Below are positions 52,540-60,998 of a DNA stretch of 64,000 nt, one piece after another. Positions within the stretch are counted from its first letter, which is position 1. Every line of letters starts with the position of its first letter. Location: contig CALEWH010000022.1 of the NCBI GenBank assembly GCA_937925475.1, forward strand, positions 82,835-146,834, in the 5' to 3' direction. The notes beneath the pieces are model-generated. The model made no database searches and was not told where the DNA came from. It worked only from the letters and a program-made list of their open reading frames with translations. Source of the stretch: an uncultured Clostridia bacterium (GTDB taxonomy: Bacteria > Bacillota > Clostridia > Christensenellales > UBA1242). Both the position numbers and the translations under genes were made by a program.

Positions 52540-52568
52540 ATAATAACTCCAAAATAGTTATTTGTCAA
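52540..52568 (-). promoter_or_regulatory. Candidate sigma-A promoter firing into the 52433-52466 terminator
   Basis: On the minus strand: TTGACA (52568-52563), a 17-nt spacer, then TATTAT (52545-52540). Confidence 0.35.
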
Positions 52569-52598
52569 TACCTAATTTGCAAATATTTTGTCGAAAAA

Positions 52599-53615
52599 TT
52601 AAATATTTTTTAATAACTTTTTAACAGCAACATAATCATTAATTGTCACCTTTATTCCACGCGACATTATTACAATTATTGATCTGTTGTCATTTTTTGA
52701 GCGAACTATACTTTCTTGCATTTTTTCTTTTTTATTAATCTGCTCATTTTCTGTAAGTTTTTCGTCAGATCTGTCAAGCAAATATCCTTTTATTTTTACA
52801 ATGATTTTGTTTTTGTCCCAGTACTCGATTTGACTACTCACCTTTTTATCATTATCCCTAATTATCACATTTGGATTGTATATCCCTTCACCAAATATAG
52901 TGAGTGTGTTTTTGTATTTGGGCACAAGTCCATACACACTAAGCGTCTGTGACGGAATGTATGATTTTGGCGTGTTCACAATTTGCAACTGATTGACGAT
53001 ATCTACGACACTATCATTTACTATGTTTTCACGCACTACACAATTTTCATTTACTTTCACATTTTGTCCAAGACTACAAAACTTGATTGTTACATTATTT
53101 TCTAATATGCACTTTTTGTCAATAACATACGACTTTGTGTCATTAAGTAATATATTATTGTCATTATCCACAACATTCAAAACATTTTCATCATAGTGGC
53201 GATCACCTATATTTACATTTGAAAATATCCTACATTCTTCACAAATTTTATAATCACCATATATATTTATATTTGTCCCTACAAGTTTTACATCTTTTGA
53301 AATACTAGCAAAAGGCGATAAATAAATAGATGTAAGCCTTTCTAGAAAGCCCACATAATCGCTTAGACCTTGCGAATTTATAGGGGCTAATCTATTATCA
53401 ATAATGTGCCTTACAATCAAATAATAATAAAGTGCAACACTTCCATATATGTTTTCATTGTTGTTGGATTTTACAAAGTTTTTATTTATGTCATCAATCC
53501 ACTTTAAATCCATTATTCCAAAAAAGTATTTTATTACACTTTTGGTTTTTTCAAGGTTCAAATATTCAATTATATCAAAGATATTGTTTTCAAATTTTAT
53601 ATTTTCCATATTCAT
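52599..53615 (-). CDS. AT-rich orphan protein (338 aa) with a possible left-handed beta-helix (hexapeptide-like) middle and a beta-rich C-terminus
   Basis: The segment ...CRIFSNVNIGDRHYDENVLNVVDNDNNILLNDTKSYVIDKKCILENNVTIKFCSLGQNVKVNENCVVRENIVNDSVVDI... shows a roughly 6-residue periodicity of I/V/L. I cannot assign a family. G+C is about 25% in the sampled line at 53101. Confidence 0.45.
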   Translation of the reverse strand: MNMENIKFENNIFDIIEYLNLEKTKSVIKYFFGIMDLKWIDDINKNFVKSNNNENIYGSVALYYYLIVRHIIDNRLAPINSQGLSDYVGFLERLTSIYLSPFASISKDVKLVGTNINIYGDYKICEECRIFSNVNIGDRHYDENVLNVVDNDNNILLNDTKSYVIDKKCILENNVTIKFCSLGQNVKVNENCVVRENIVNDSVVDIVNQLQIVNTPKSYIPSQTLSVYGLVPKYKNTLTIFGEGIYNPNVIIRDNDKKVSSQIEYWDKNKIIVKIKGYLLDRSDEKLTENEQINKKEKMQESIVRSKNDNRSIIVIMSRGIKVTINDYVAVKKLLKNI

Positions 53616-53645
53616 TATTTATGATTATGAGATATAAAAAGTGTA

Positions 53646-53669
53646 TAAAAAAAGGAGCATACGCTCCTT
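53646..53669 (-). terminator. Hairpin directly after pheT
   Basis: Arms AAGGAGC and GCTCCTT enclose a 4-nt loop. A T-run follows on the minus strand. Confidence 0.5.
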
Positions 53670-53671
53670 AA

Positions 53672-56017
53672 TTACAATTTTAAATTTATATTGTTTTCTT
53701 TAAATGCATTGATTACATTTTTGTGGAATGCATCAATTTCATCATTTACAAGTGTACGAGTAAGCGAATACAACTCATAGTGCAAAGTATAACTCTTCGT
53801 GTTTTCCATTTCGTACACATCAAGTAGTGAAACTTTGTATACAAAATCAGCTTTCACGCTATAAGCTATTTTTTCAATATCCGCATAGTTTTTATCCTTT
53901 GGAAGCAAGAAATTGAAGTCAAGTTCGCTTTTTGGATACTTTGAAACTTGTTCGAAATGAGTAGGTTGTTCGTCCATTGTCATAAGCTTGTCCCAATCAA
54001 GTTCGACAAGCGTAATGTCGGCTTTCTTGTCTGGTTTGTTGGCTGGATGCAAAGACGATATAAGTCCTACTACTTGGCCATTTACTACTACATCATAATA
54101 GTTGGCTGGTGACAAGTACTCGTATTTTGGCTTAGAAGGCACATATTTTGGCTCAACTTTAATCACATAACGAAGTATATAGTCCACCATCTCTTTCGCT
54201 TTAAACAAGCCATTTACGCCTTCTTTGTTGTATAGCCCCATAGCCAAACTCTTTTCTTCGATTACAAGGTTTTGTTTGTCCATGGCAGTCGCAATTCGAC
54301 CTATCTCAAATGCACCAAAGTTTGTGTAAGTAGACTTATTGTCAGCGATTACTTTAAGCATACTTGGAAGTATGCTATTTCTTATAGCGTCGTTTTCTTT
54401 GTTTATAGCATTGACAATTCTAACAACACTCTTTGGATTAATGTTGTATTTTGCGTTACTCTCGCTATCATACCATACATAACTATGTGTTTCGTGCATA
54501 TTATAGCGGGTTGCAAGCGCATATTTGACATCGTATTCTAGCGCAATTTGTTTGTCAAGTGGTTGTGGCGATATCTCTTGATAAGTAGGAAGTGGAAGTA
54601 TATTGTCGTATCCATATATACGAGTTATTTCCTCGACTATATCTTGTTTGCCATTTATATCTTTTGTGTTTCTAAATGTCGGAACATCAATAGTAAACAC
54701 ACCATTTTTCTCAGTAATTCCAAATTGTAGACTTTTTAATATTCTCACAATTTGTTTTGTAGGAATATCAATACCTACAAAATTGTCGATATATTGTTTT
54801 GTAATAGTAATAGTTTTTGGAGCGTAGTGGAAATTGTACACATCAGTGATTGCACTATTTACTTTTGCGCCCTTATCATACTTTTTAGCAATATATACAA
54901 ATCTGCTAAGTGCAGTCATTGTAAGTTCGGGGTCAAGCATTTTCTCATACCTTGCGCTCGCTTCTGTGCGAAGTCCAAGCGACAAAGCAGTTTTTCTTAC
55001 TTTGCTTCCGTCAAAACAAGCACTTTCAATAAGTACATTTGTTGTGTCTGGGTTTATCTCGCTATCAAGTCCGCCCATAACACCTGCTATCGCTACTGGC
55101 TTTTTGCCATCAGTGATGACCATTGTGTTTTTAGCAAGCATACGCTCTTCTTTATCAAGTGTCACAAATTTTGTGTCTTCTTTCAAGTCAACAACACCAA
55201 CACTCGCTACAATGTCATTATCAAAACTGTGCATTGGTTGGCCAACTTCAAGCATAATGTAGTTTGTGATATCGGCTATAAAATTGATAGGACGCATTCC
55301 GGCATAATATAGTCGGATTTGCATTTCAAGTGGCGAAACCTTGCGAGTGATGTTGCTCATTGTTGCACTTGTATAACGATAACAACTTGGCGATTTGACA
55401 TCAACTTTTACTTTCTCAGTTCCCCACTCACCGCTGTATGTTTTTAGTGGTTTTAGTGGTCTACCAGTAAGTGCAGAAATCTCGCGTGCAATACCATAGT
55501 GTCCCCACATATCCGGTCTATTTGTAAGGCTCTTATTATCAATCTCAAACACAACATCTTCAACTGGCAAAACTTCTTTCAAGTCTTTGCCGATAGGTGT
55601 GTCATTTGGTAAAATAAGCAGTCCCGAGTTGTCGTCAGTGATATCAAGTTCTTTTGCGCTACAACACATACCAAAACTATTGTATCCACCCACAACCGCA
55701 GGTCTTATTGTCATATCGCCCACACGAGCGCCTTCGACAGCAACTGGCACAACAGCGCCTTCAAAAACATTTGGGGCACCACAAACAATGTCAAGTATCT
55801 TATCACCAACATTTACTTTAAGCAAGTGCAATTTTTTGCTGTTTGGGTGATTGGTTATTGATTCGATTCTGCCCACAACAACTCCGTCAAAGCCGTTGCC
55901 TTTTCTCTCACACCCCTCAACTTCAGCACACGACAAAGTAAATTGGTCAAGAAGTTTGTCAATATTAATGCCCTTCAAATCTACAAAATCATTTATCCAA
56001 TTAAGTGAAATATACAT
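53672..56017 (-). CDS. pheT: Phenylalanine--tRNA ligase beta subunit
   Basis: MYISLNWINDFVDL starts the protein, followed by a tRNA-binding OB domain and B3/4 and B5 regions. It is 781 aa and lies 9 nt after pheS. Confidence 0.95.
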   Translation of the reverse strand: MYISLNWINDFVDLKGINIDKLLDQFTLSCAEVEGCERKGNGFDGVVVGRIESITNHPNSKKLHLLKVNVGDKILDIVCGAPNVFEGAVVPVAVEGARVGDMTIRPAVVGGYNSFGMCCSAKELDITDDNSGLLILPNDTPIGKDLKEVLPVEDVVFEIDNKSLTNRPDMWGHYGIAREISALTGRPLKPLKTYSGEWGTEKVKVDVKSPSCYRYTSATMSNITRKVSPLEMQIRLYYAGMRPINFIADITNYIMLEVGQPMHSFDNDIVASVGVVDLKEDTKFVTLDKEERMLAKNTMVITDGKKPVAIAGVMGGLDSEINPDTTNVLIESACFDGSKVRKTALSLGLRTEASARYEKMLDPELTMTALSRFVYIAKKYDKGAKVNSAITDVYNFHYAPKTITITKQYIDNFVGIDIPTKQIVRILKSLQFGITEKNGVFTIDVPTFRNTKDINGKQDIVEEITRIYGYDNILPLPTYQEISPQPLDKQIALEYDVKYALATRYNMHETHSYVWYDSESNAKYNINPKSVVRIVNAINKENDAIRNSILPSMLKVIADNKSTYTNFGAFEIGRIATAMDKQNLVIEEKSLAMGLYNKEGVNGLFKAKEMVDYILRYVIKVEPKYVPSKPKYEYLSPANYYDVVVNGQVVGLISSLHPANKPDKKADITLVELDWDKLMTMDEQPTHFEQVSKYPKSELDFNFLLPKDKNYADIEKIAYSVKADFVYKVSLLDVYEMENTKSYTLHYELYSLTRTLVNDEIDAFHKNVINAFKENNINLKL

Positions 56018-56026
56018 AATGTTCTC

Positions 56027-57055
56027 CTATTTCAATTTGGCTTGACTTAGTTTGTCAAGTTTTCCCGAATTCATAATGCGAATGTCGTTTATATCAAAAG
56101 TCATCATCGCAAGGCGAGTAAAGCCCATTCCAAAAGCAAATCCTTGATACTCTTCGGGGTCAATTCCGCCCATTCGAAGCACTTCTGGGTGTATCATTCC
56201 GCAAGGGCACAATTCTATCCAACCGCCTTGTTTGCAAGTACGACAGCCTTTTCCGTCACAGAAAGGACAACTGCAATCAAGTTCGAATCCTGGCTCAACG
56301 AATGGGAAAAATCCCGGACGAAGCCTTACTTTCATTTCTTTTCCAAAAACTTGTGAAAGAGTGGTCTTCATAAAGTAAATAAGATTGCTGATATTGATGT
56401 TTTTATCAATAACCATTCCTTCAAGTTGGAAGAAAGTGTTGTCGTGCGACGCATCAAGTTCTTCATTTCTAAAACAGCGTCCTGGGAATATGACTCTAAG
56501 TGGCGCGCCATATTTGCGCATAATGCGGTTTTGTCCAGCAGATGTTTGGGTTTTCAAAACCTCACCATTCTCCAAATAGAATGTGTCTTGCATATCGCGT
56601 GCAGGGTGATTTTTTGGCACATTAACCGACTCAAAGTTGTTGTACTCAGTCTCTATTTCGTGACCGTCCTCAACCGCAAAACCCATACTTGTAAATATGT
56701 CAATTACTTTCTTTTGCACGATTGTGATTGGATGAAGACTGCCCACACACTCACTCGATGGACGAGTAAGGTCAACATGTTCAGTCAAATACAACGCCTT
56801 CTCAATTTCTTTCTTAGCCAAAACTTCTTTAATGTCATCTAGTTTTGCTTCGATTTCTTTTTTGACATTGTTTACTTCTTCGCCATAAGCGCGTTTTTGG
56901 TCAGACGGAATATCTTTTATCTTTTTCAAAGCATCAGTAACAATGCCGTTTTTGCCAAGATATTTGACCCTTATATCATTAAGGGCCTTGTCATCGTCTA
57001 CCGACTCACACTCTTTTGCAAATGCAAGTAAAATGTTTTGTAAATCTTTATTCAT
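56027..57055 (-). CDS. pheS: Phenylalanine--tRNA ligase alpha subunit
   Basis: Class II core motifs: HPARDMQDTFY, FPGRCFRNE, GFAFGMGFTRLAMM. The start is the ATG ending at 57055 (MNKDLQNIL), with an AGGAGG SD directly after the T-box terminator. Confidence 0.95.
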   Translation of the reverse strand: MNKDLQNILLAFAKECESVDDDKALNDIRVKYLGKNGIVTDALKKIKDIPSDQKRAYGEEVNNVKKEIEAKLDDIKEVLAKKEIEKALYLTEHVDLTRPSSECVGSLHPITIVQKKVIDIFTSMGFAVEDGHEIETEYNNFESVNVPKNHPARDMQDTFYLENGEVLKTQTSAGQNRIMRKYGAPLRVIFPGRCFRNEELDASHDNTFFQLEGMVIDKNINISNLIYFMKTTLSQVFGKEMKVRLRPGFFPFVEPGFELDCSCPFCDGKGCRTCKQGGWIELCPCGMIHPEVLRMGGIDPEEYQGFAFGMGFTRLAMMTFDINDIRIMNSGKLDKLSQAKLK

Positions 57056-57071
57056 AAATCCTCCTAAATAA

Positions 57072-57286
57072 AAAAATCCCATGCTTTCGCAAGGGACGAA
57101 TATATCGTGGTACCACCCTATTTACTTCTCGTTAAGACTGTTACGGAGTCACCGTCCCTACTTTTCACAGGGCAACTCGAATGCCGAAATTCGTGCGACA
57201 AACCTTCCTATCTTCTTCACACCACCGAAAACTCTCTGTAAGGGTATCTGTCCACTACTTATACATTGTCATAGTTTTTTATACTG
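57072..57286 (-). promoter_or_regulatory. T-box riboswitch leader (Phe-specific) of pheST
   Basis: The minus strand carries AGAGAG and GGTGGTG stem-I elements. Phe codons sit in the expected specifier region (GAATTTCGGCATTCGAG). The conserved T-box AAATAGGGTGGTACCACGA is at about 57105-57123. A terminator TCCCTTGCGAAAGCATGGGA plus TTTTTTT follows. Confidence 0.85.
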
Positions 57287-57291
57287 AGTTT

Positions 57292-57320
57292 AGTCTAACA
57301 TTAAAAAATCACGATGTCAA
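57292..57320 (-). promoter_or_regulatory. Candidate promoter of the pheST leader
   Basis: On the minus strand: TTGACA (57320-57315), a 17-nt spacer, then TAGACT (57297-57292). Confidence 0.4.
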
Positions 57321-57395
57321 CACCATTTGCCACTTTCACAAAAAAACATAGACCTACATACAATGCAATAGGCACATATGCCAAAGGAGAGAGAT

Positions 57396-57527
57396 ATGTG
57401 TTGTAGAAATCGTTGTTATAGTTGTTGTGGCGCAAGGTACAACTGCTGTGTTTGCCTAAACGCCTTTAATCGTTGTGGCAGACTTGATAGTTTTAATTAT
57501 TTTTCATATATTACTAGCACACGCTAA
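57396..57527 (+). CDS. Unannotated 43-codon cysteine-rich small ORF (9 Cys)
   Basis: An AAAGGAGAGAG SD lies about 5 nt upstream of the ATG. The translation is MCCRNRCYSCCGARYNCCVCLNAFNRCGRLDSFNYFSYITSTR*. CATACAAT sits at 57357-57364, and a bidirectional terminator begins at the stop. It is below the 60-aa cutoff of the track. Confidence 0.5.
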   Translation: MCCRNRCYSCCGARYNCCVCLNAFNRCGRLDSFNYFSYITSTR

Positions 57528-57560
57528 AAAAAGAGAACACGCAATGTGTTCTCTTTTTTA
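57526..57560. terminator. Bidirectional terminator between the Cys-rich sORF and nrdG
   Basis: Arms AGAGAACAC (57532-57540) and GTGTTCTCT (57546-57554) are flanked by an A-run and a T-run. Confidence 0.65.
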
Positions 57561-57566
57561 CATAAA

Positions 57567-58109
57567 CTAACATACTTTTCCAACAATAGTTTCGAGATTG
57601 TTCCATTTTTCGCTTAAATCAAGCACTGGTCTGCATTCAAGCATCGACTTGTGAAGATCGATAATGCGTTGGTTGCTACTTCCGCAAAACTTCAAACGAT
57701 AGTCGCGTTTTGCTTGCTCAAATCTGCCATCTACTAAGATGTCGGCAATGCTCAAAAGTTGTTTTTGAGCATCACTGCCATGCTCCATAATGTACTCAAA
57801 TTTAAAACCTGTGTATATCGCAAGGTTTAGTCCCATCTCCTTAACTTTAATCGCAAGGTCCAATAGTTCTTGCGCTTGGCAAAGTGGTTCACCACCGGAA
57901 AAAGTAACCCCACTTAGTAGCGGATTTTCTTTTATCTCGTCCAACAACTCTTCAGTTGTTCCCACAGTGCCACCGGCAAAATCCCATGTTTGAGGATTGT
58001 GACAGCCTTCGCAATGATGCGGACAACCTTGCACAAAAACTGTGTATCTAAGTCCTGGTCCGTCAGTAATCGAATCGTTTACTCTTCCAGCAAGTTTGAT
58101 ATTACACAT
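57567..58109 (-). CDS. nrdG: Anaerobic ribonucleoside-triphosphate reductase activating protein (radical SAM)
   Basis: GCPHHCEGCHNPQTW is the CxxxCxxC cluster. It is 180 aa and overlaps the nrdD stop by 8 nt. Confidence 0.9.
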   Translation of the reverse strand: MCNIKLAGRVNDSITDGPGLRYTVFVQGCPHHCEGCHNPQTWDFAGGTVGTTEELLDEIKENPLLSGVTFSGGEPLCQAQELLDLAIKVKEMGLNLAIYTGFKFEYIMEHGSDAQKQLLSIADILVDGRFEQAKRDYRLKFCGSSNQRIIDLHKSMLECRPVLDLSEKWNNLETIVGKVC

Positions 58110-60417
58110 TGTGTTTTACTCTATCCCTCTCTTCTGCTCTTTTTGCATTGTTAAACCTATCAAGTGTACCTACTAGATACCCTGTTATACGCCTAATACG
58201 CTCAACATGATAACCATTTTCGCCCTCTACGCTTCCGCATTTTGGACAACTCTTTCCAATTATGCCATTGTAGCCACAAACTGGACAACGGTCAACTGGG
58301 TGGTTGATGCTTCCATAACCTATGCCCGCTTCTTTCATGTGTCTTACTATTTTTTCAAATGCCTCAACATTGTTTGTTGTGTCACCATCAAGTTCGACAT
58401 ATGTGATGTGACCAGCGTTTGTCATAGCGTGATATGGTGCTTCAATATCAATTTTCTTAATAGCCGAAATTTTGTAATATACTGGCACATGGAAACTATT
58501 AGTATAGTATTCTTTATCTGTTACGCCTTTAATTACGCCAAATTTCTTTTTGTCTATGCGGACAAATCTTCCACTAAGCCCTTCGGCTGGAGTCGCTAGC
58601 AATGTGAAGTTTAGTTTCATTTGCTCGCTCTTTTTGTCTAAGAAGTCACGCATATATTGTATTATTTCAAGTCCCAATTTTTGCGCTTCTTCACTCTCAC
58701 CATGGTGATGTCCTGTAAGTGCAATTAGGGTTTCGGCAAGTCCTATAAATCCTATTGATAGACTGCCATGTTTTAGTATGTCACCTACTTCGTCATTCCA
58801 ACCAAGTTTGTCACTGTCAATCCATACACCTTGTCCCATTAGAAAAGGATAGTTTTTGACTTTCTTCTTCATTTGGATTGCAAGACGGTCAAGAAGTTGG
58901 TCACATACAAGTTCCATTCTATCAGTCAAATCTCTGTAAAATTTGTTTATATCACCTTTTGCAAGGATTCCTAGTCGTGGAAGGTTGATTGATGTAAAAC
59001 TCAAATTTCCTCTTCCAAAACTTATCTCTCTTGTAGGGTCATACACATTGCCCATAACGCGTGTACGACAACCCATATAGCATATTTCTGTTTCTGGGTG
59101 ACCTGGCTTGTAGTATTGCAAGTTGTAAGGTGCGTCCACAAACGAGAAATTTGGGAATAGTCTTTTAGCACTTACTTTGCAAGCAAGTTGGAACAAGTCA
59201 TAGTTTGGCTCACCTGGATTGAAGTTGATGCCGTCTTTTACACGGAAAATGTGGATTGGGAATATTGGTGTTTCGCCCGAACCTAGACCAGCGTCTGTCG
59301 CTAGCAAAACATTTTTTACAACCATTCGACCTTCTGTCGATGTGTCCATTCCATAGTTTATCGAAGAGAATGGCACTTGCGCACCAGCACGAGAGTGCAT
59401 AGTGTTTAGGTTGTGGATAAGCGCTTCCATCGCTTGATAGGTCGCCTTATCTGTTTCTTTGTATGCGTCCTTGCATGCAAAGTCTTTTATTTTCGAATAT
59501 GTATTGTCGTCAAGCTCGGCAAACTCTTTTCTTTCTGTCTTGTCGTACTTCTCGTTTTTGTCGATATGCGCAAATAGTCCGCACGCTTTCTCTACATTTG
59601 CCATACGCTCTTTCATTTCTTTGTCACTGACTTCTTTGCCTGTGATAAGATTGTATGCCTTTGTCCAGTTGGACAAGTACAACTTCTTGTATGTTTTCAC
59701 AACACCTGGTGCTAGACCATAGTCAAAGTTTGGAATACTTTGTCCGCCGTGTTGGTCGTTTTGATTGGCTTGGATTGCAATACAAGCAAGCGCTGCATAA
59801 CTTCTAATGTCGTTTGGTTCTCTTAGATATCCATGACCAGTAGAAAATCCGCCCTTAAACAATTTAACAATGTCTATTTGACAGCAAGTTTCGGTTAGGG
59901 TGTAAAAATCAAAATCGTGTATGTGTATGTCACCATCTCTAAATGCTCGACTTTGCTCAGGTTTTAAAATGTACTTGTCAAAATAATCCTTCGCACCTTC
60001 ACTACCAAATTTAAGCATAATCCCCATTGCAGTGTTTCCGTCGATATTGGCGTTTTCGCGTTTTACATCGCTATTTTTACTATCCGAGTTGTTGATTTCG
60101 TCGTATAGTTTCATTAGTCGAGTGTTTTTCTCACGCTCACGGTTGCGCTCGTCCCTATATATAATGTACGCACGCGCTACATCTTCAAAACCATTTTTCA
60201 TCAACACTTTTTCGACTACATCTTGGATTTGTTCCACAGATGGATTTTCGTCACCATAGATGTTGATAAGTTCGGCCTCAGTAAGTTTGGCTAGTCCCTC
60301 ACTCGCCGAATTTGACTCTTCGTCAGTGGCATTCATAGCCTTCAAAATTGCATTTTCGATTTTGCTGATGTCGTAATTTACTACACGCCCATCTCTCTTG
60401 ACTATCTTTTTAAACAT
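58102..60417 (-). CDS. nrdD: Anaerobic ribonucleoside-triphosphate reductase
   Basis: It has an ATP-cone N-terminus (MFKKIVKRDGRVVNYDISKIENAI), the C-terminal zinc site CPVCG...CPKCG, and the glycyl-radical motif RRITGYLVG. The start is the ATG ending at 60417, with an AAGGAG SD. The 38-codon upstream extension in the track is rejected. Confidence 0.95.
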   Translation of the reverse strand: MFKKIVKRDGRVVNYDISKIENAILKAMNATDEESNSASEGLAKLTEAELINIYGDENPSVEQIQDVVEKVLMKNGFEDVARAYIIYRDERNREREKNTRLMKLYDEINNSDSKNSDVKRENANIDGNTAMGIMLKFGSEGAKDYFDKYILKPEQSRAFRDGDIHIHDFDFYTLTETCCQIDIVKLFKGGFSTGHGYLREPNDIRSYAALACIAIQANQNDQHGGQSIPNFDYGLAPGVVKTYKKLYLSNWTKAYNLITGKEVSDKEMKERMANVEKACGLFAHIDKNEKYDKTERKEFAELDDNTYSKIKDFACKDAYKETDKATYQAMEALIHNLNTMHSRAGAQVPFSSINYGMDTSTEGRMVVKNVLLATDAGLGSGETPIFPIHIFRVKDGINFNPGEPNYDLFQLACKVSAKRLFPNFSFVDAPYNLQYYKPGHPETEICYMGCRTRVMGNVYDPTREISFGRGNLSFTSINLPRLGILAKGDINKFYRDLTDRMELVCDQLLDRLAIQMKKKVKNYPFLMGQGVWIDSDKLGWNDEVGDILKHGSLSIGFIGLAETLIALTGHHHGESEEAQKLGLEIIQYMRDFLDKKSEQMKLNFTLLATPAEGLSGRFVRIDKKKFGVIKGVTDKEYYTNSFHVPVYYKISAIKKIDIEAPYHAMTNAGHITYVELDGDTTNNVEAFEKIVRHMKEAGIGYGSINHPVDRCPVCGYNGIIGKSCPKCGSVEGENGYHVERIRRITGYLVGTLDRFNNAKRAEERDRVKHNV

Positions 60418-60440
60418 ATTGTACTCCTTAGATGTGATAG

Positions 60441-60487
60441 ACACAATATATTGTGGTAAATGTTTCACAAAACCACATATCTTGTGT
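60441..60487. promoter_or_regulatory. Two tandem NrdR-box-like palindromes upstream of nrdD
   Basis: ACACAATATATTGTGG (60441-60456) closely matches the acaCwAtATaTwGtgt consensus. ACCACATATCTTGTGT (60472-60487) is a weaker match (about 12/16). The 31-bp centre-to-centre spacing is typical of paired NrdR boxes. Confidence 0.45.
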
Positions 60488-60998
60488 TTGCTGATTTTAG
60501 AATATACCAACACAAAAGATAAGTCAAACAAATTTTTTACCCGTACAAAAACAAATATTTATGCAAAAACAACCACTTTTTATGTATTTTTATACATTTA
60601 TAAATCTCGTCACAAATCACAATCATCTGCTTTAGGTCCTACAAAACCTTGAAAAGTCGTCCGCTTTGGATATTGTCAAAATTAAGTAATTTTAAAAAGG
60701 TGTAATGTGTTTGGACACAACATGCCACTTTTTGTCACGAAGTCAAGTTTTGAATATTTTCACTCAATGGCAAATATGTCAAAGCACAAAAATATGCTGG
60801 CAAAAATATGTTTTGAATAAATATAATCACAAAACAGTTTTTTGTAAGTTTTTGTCGAAAAAAAAATTATATTTTTTTATAAATTTGTAGTTGTTTTTTA
60901 TCCATAAATGTTGTTGGGCTAGTGTCTATAAAACACAAAACATAAAAATGTTTCACAAAACTTATGCCCAAATCATATCAAAAACAAATGAGGTGTGT

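Noticed and set aside
57396-58109. Reading the Cys-rich sORF as a SCIFF/ranthipeptide-type precursor matured by the adjacent radical-SAM gene.
   Set aside because: The neighbour is a standard 180-aa NrdG activase coupled to nrdD, with no SPASM domain. It is convergent rather than co-oriented with the sORF. SCIFF peptides carry their Cys cluster at the C-terminus behind a conserved leader, unlike this N-terminal CC-rich pattern.
60705-60890. A 61-aa plus-strand ORF (MCLDTTCHFLSRSQVLNIF...) in the nrdD/glycosyltransferase spacer.
   Set aside because: Its AAAGGTG lies only 2 nt from the ATG. The composition is typical of translated AT-rich non-coding DNA, it has no motif, and it ends in a poly-A/T tract. 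I keep it only as part of the long-spacer observation.
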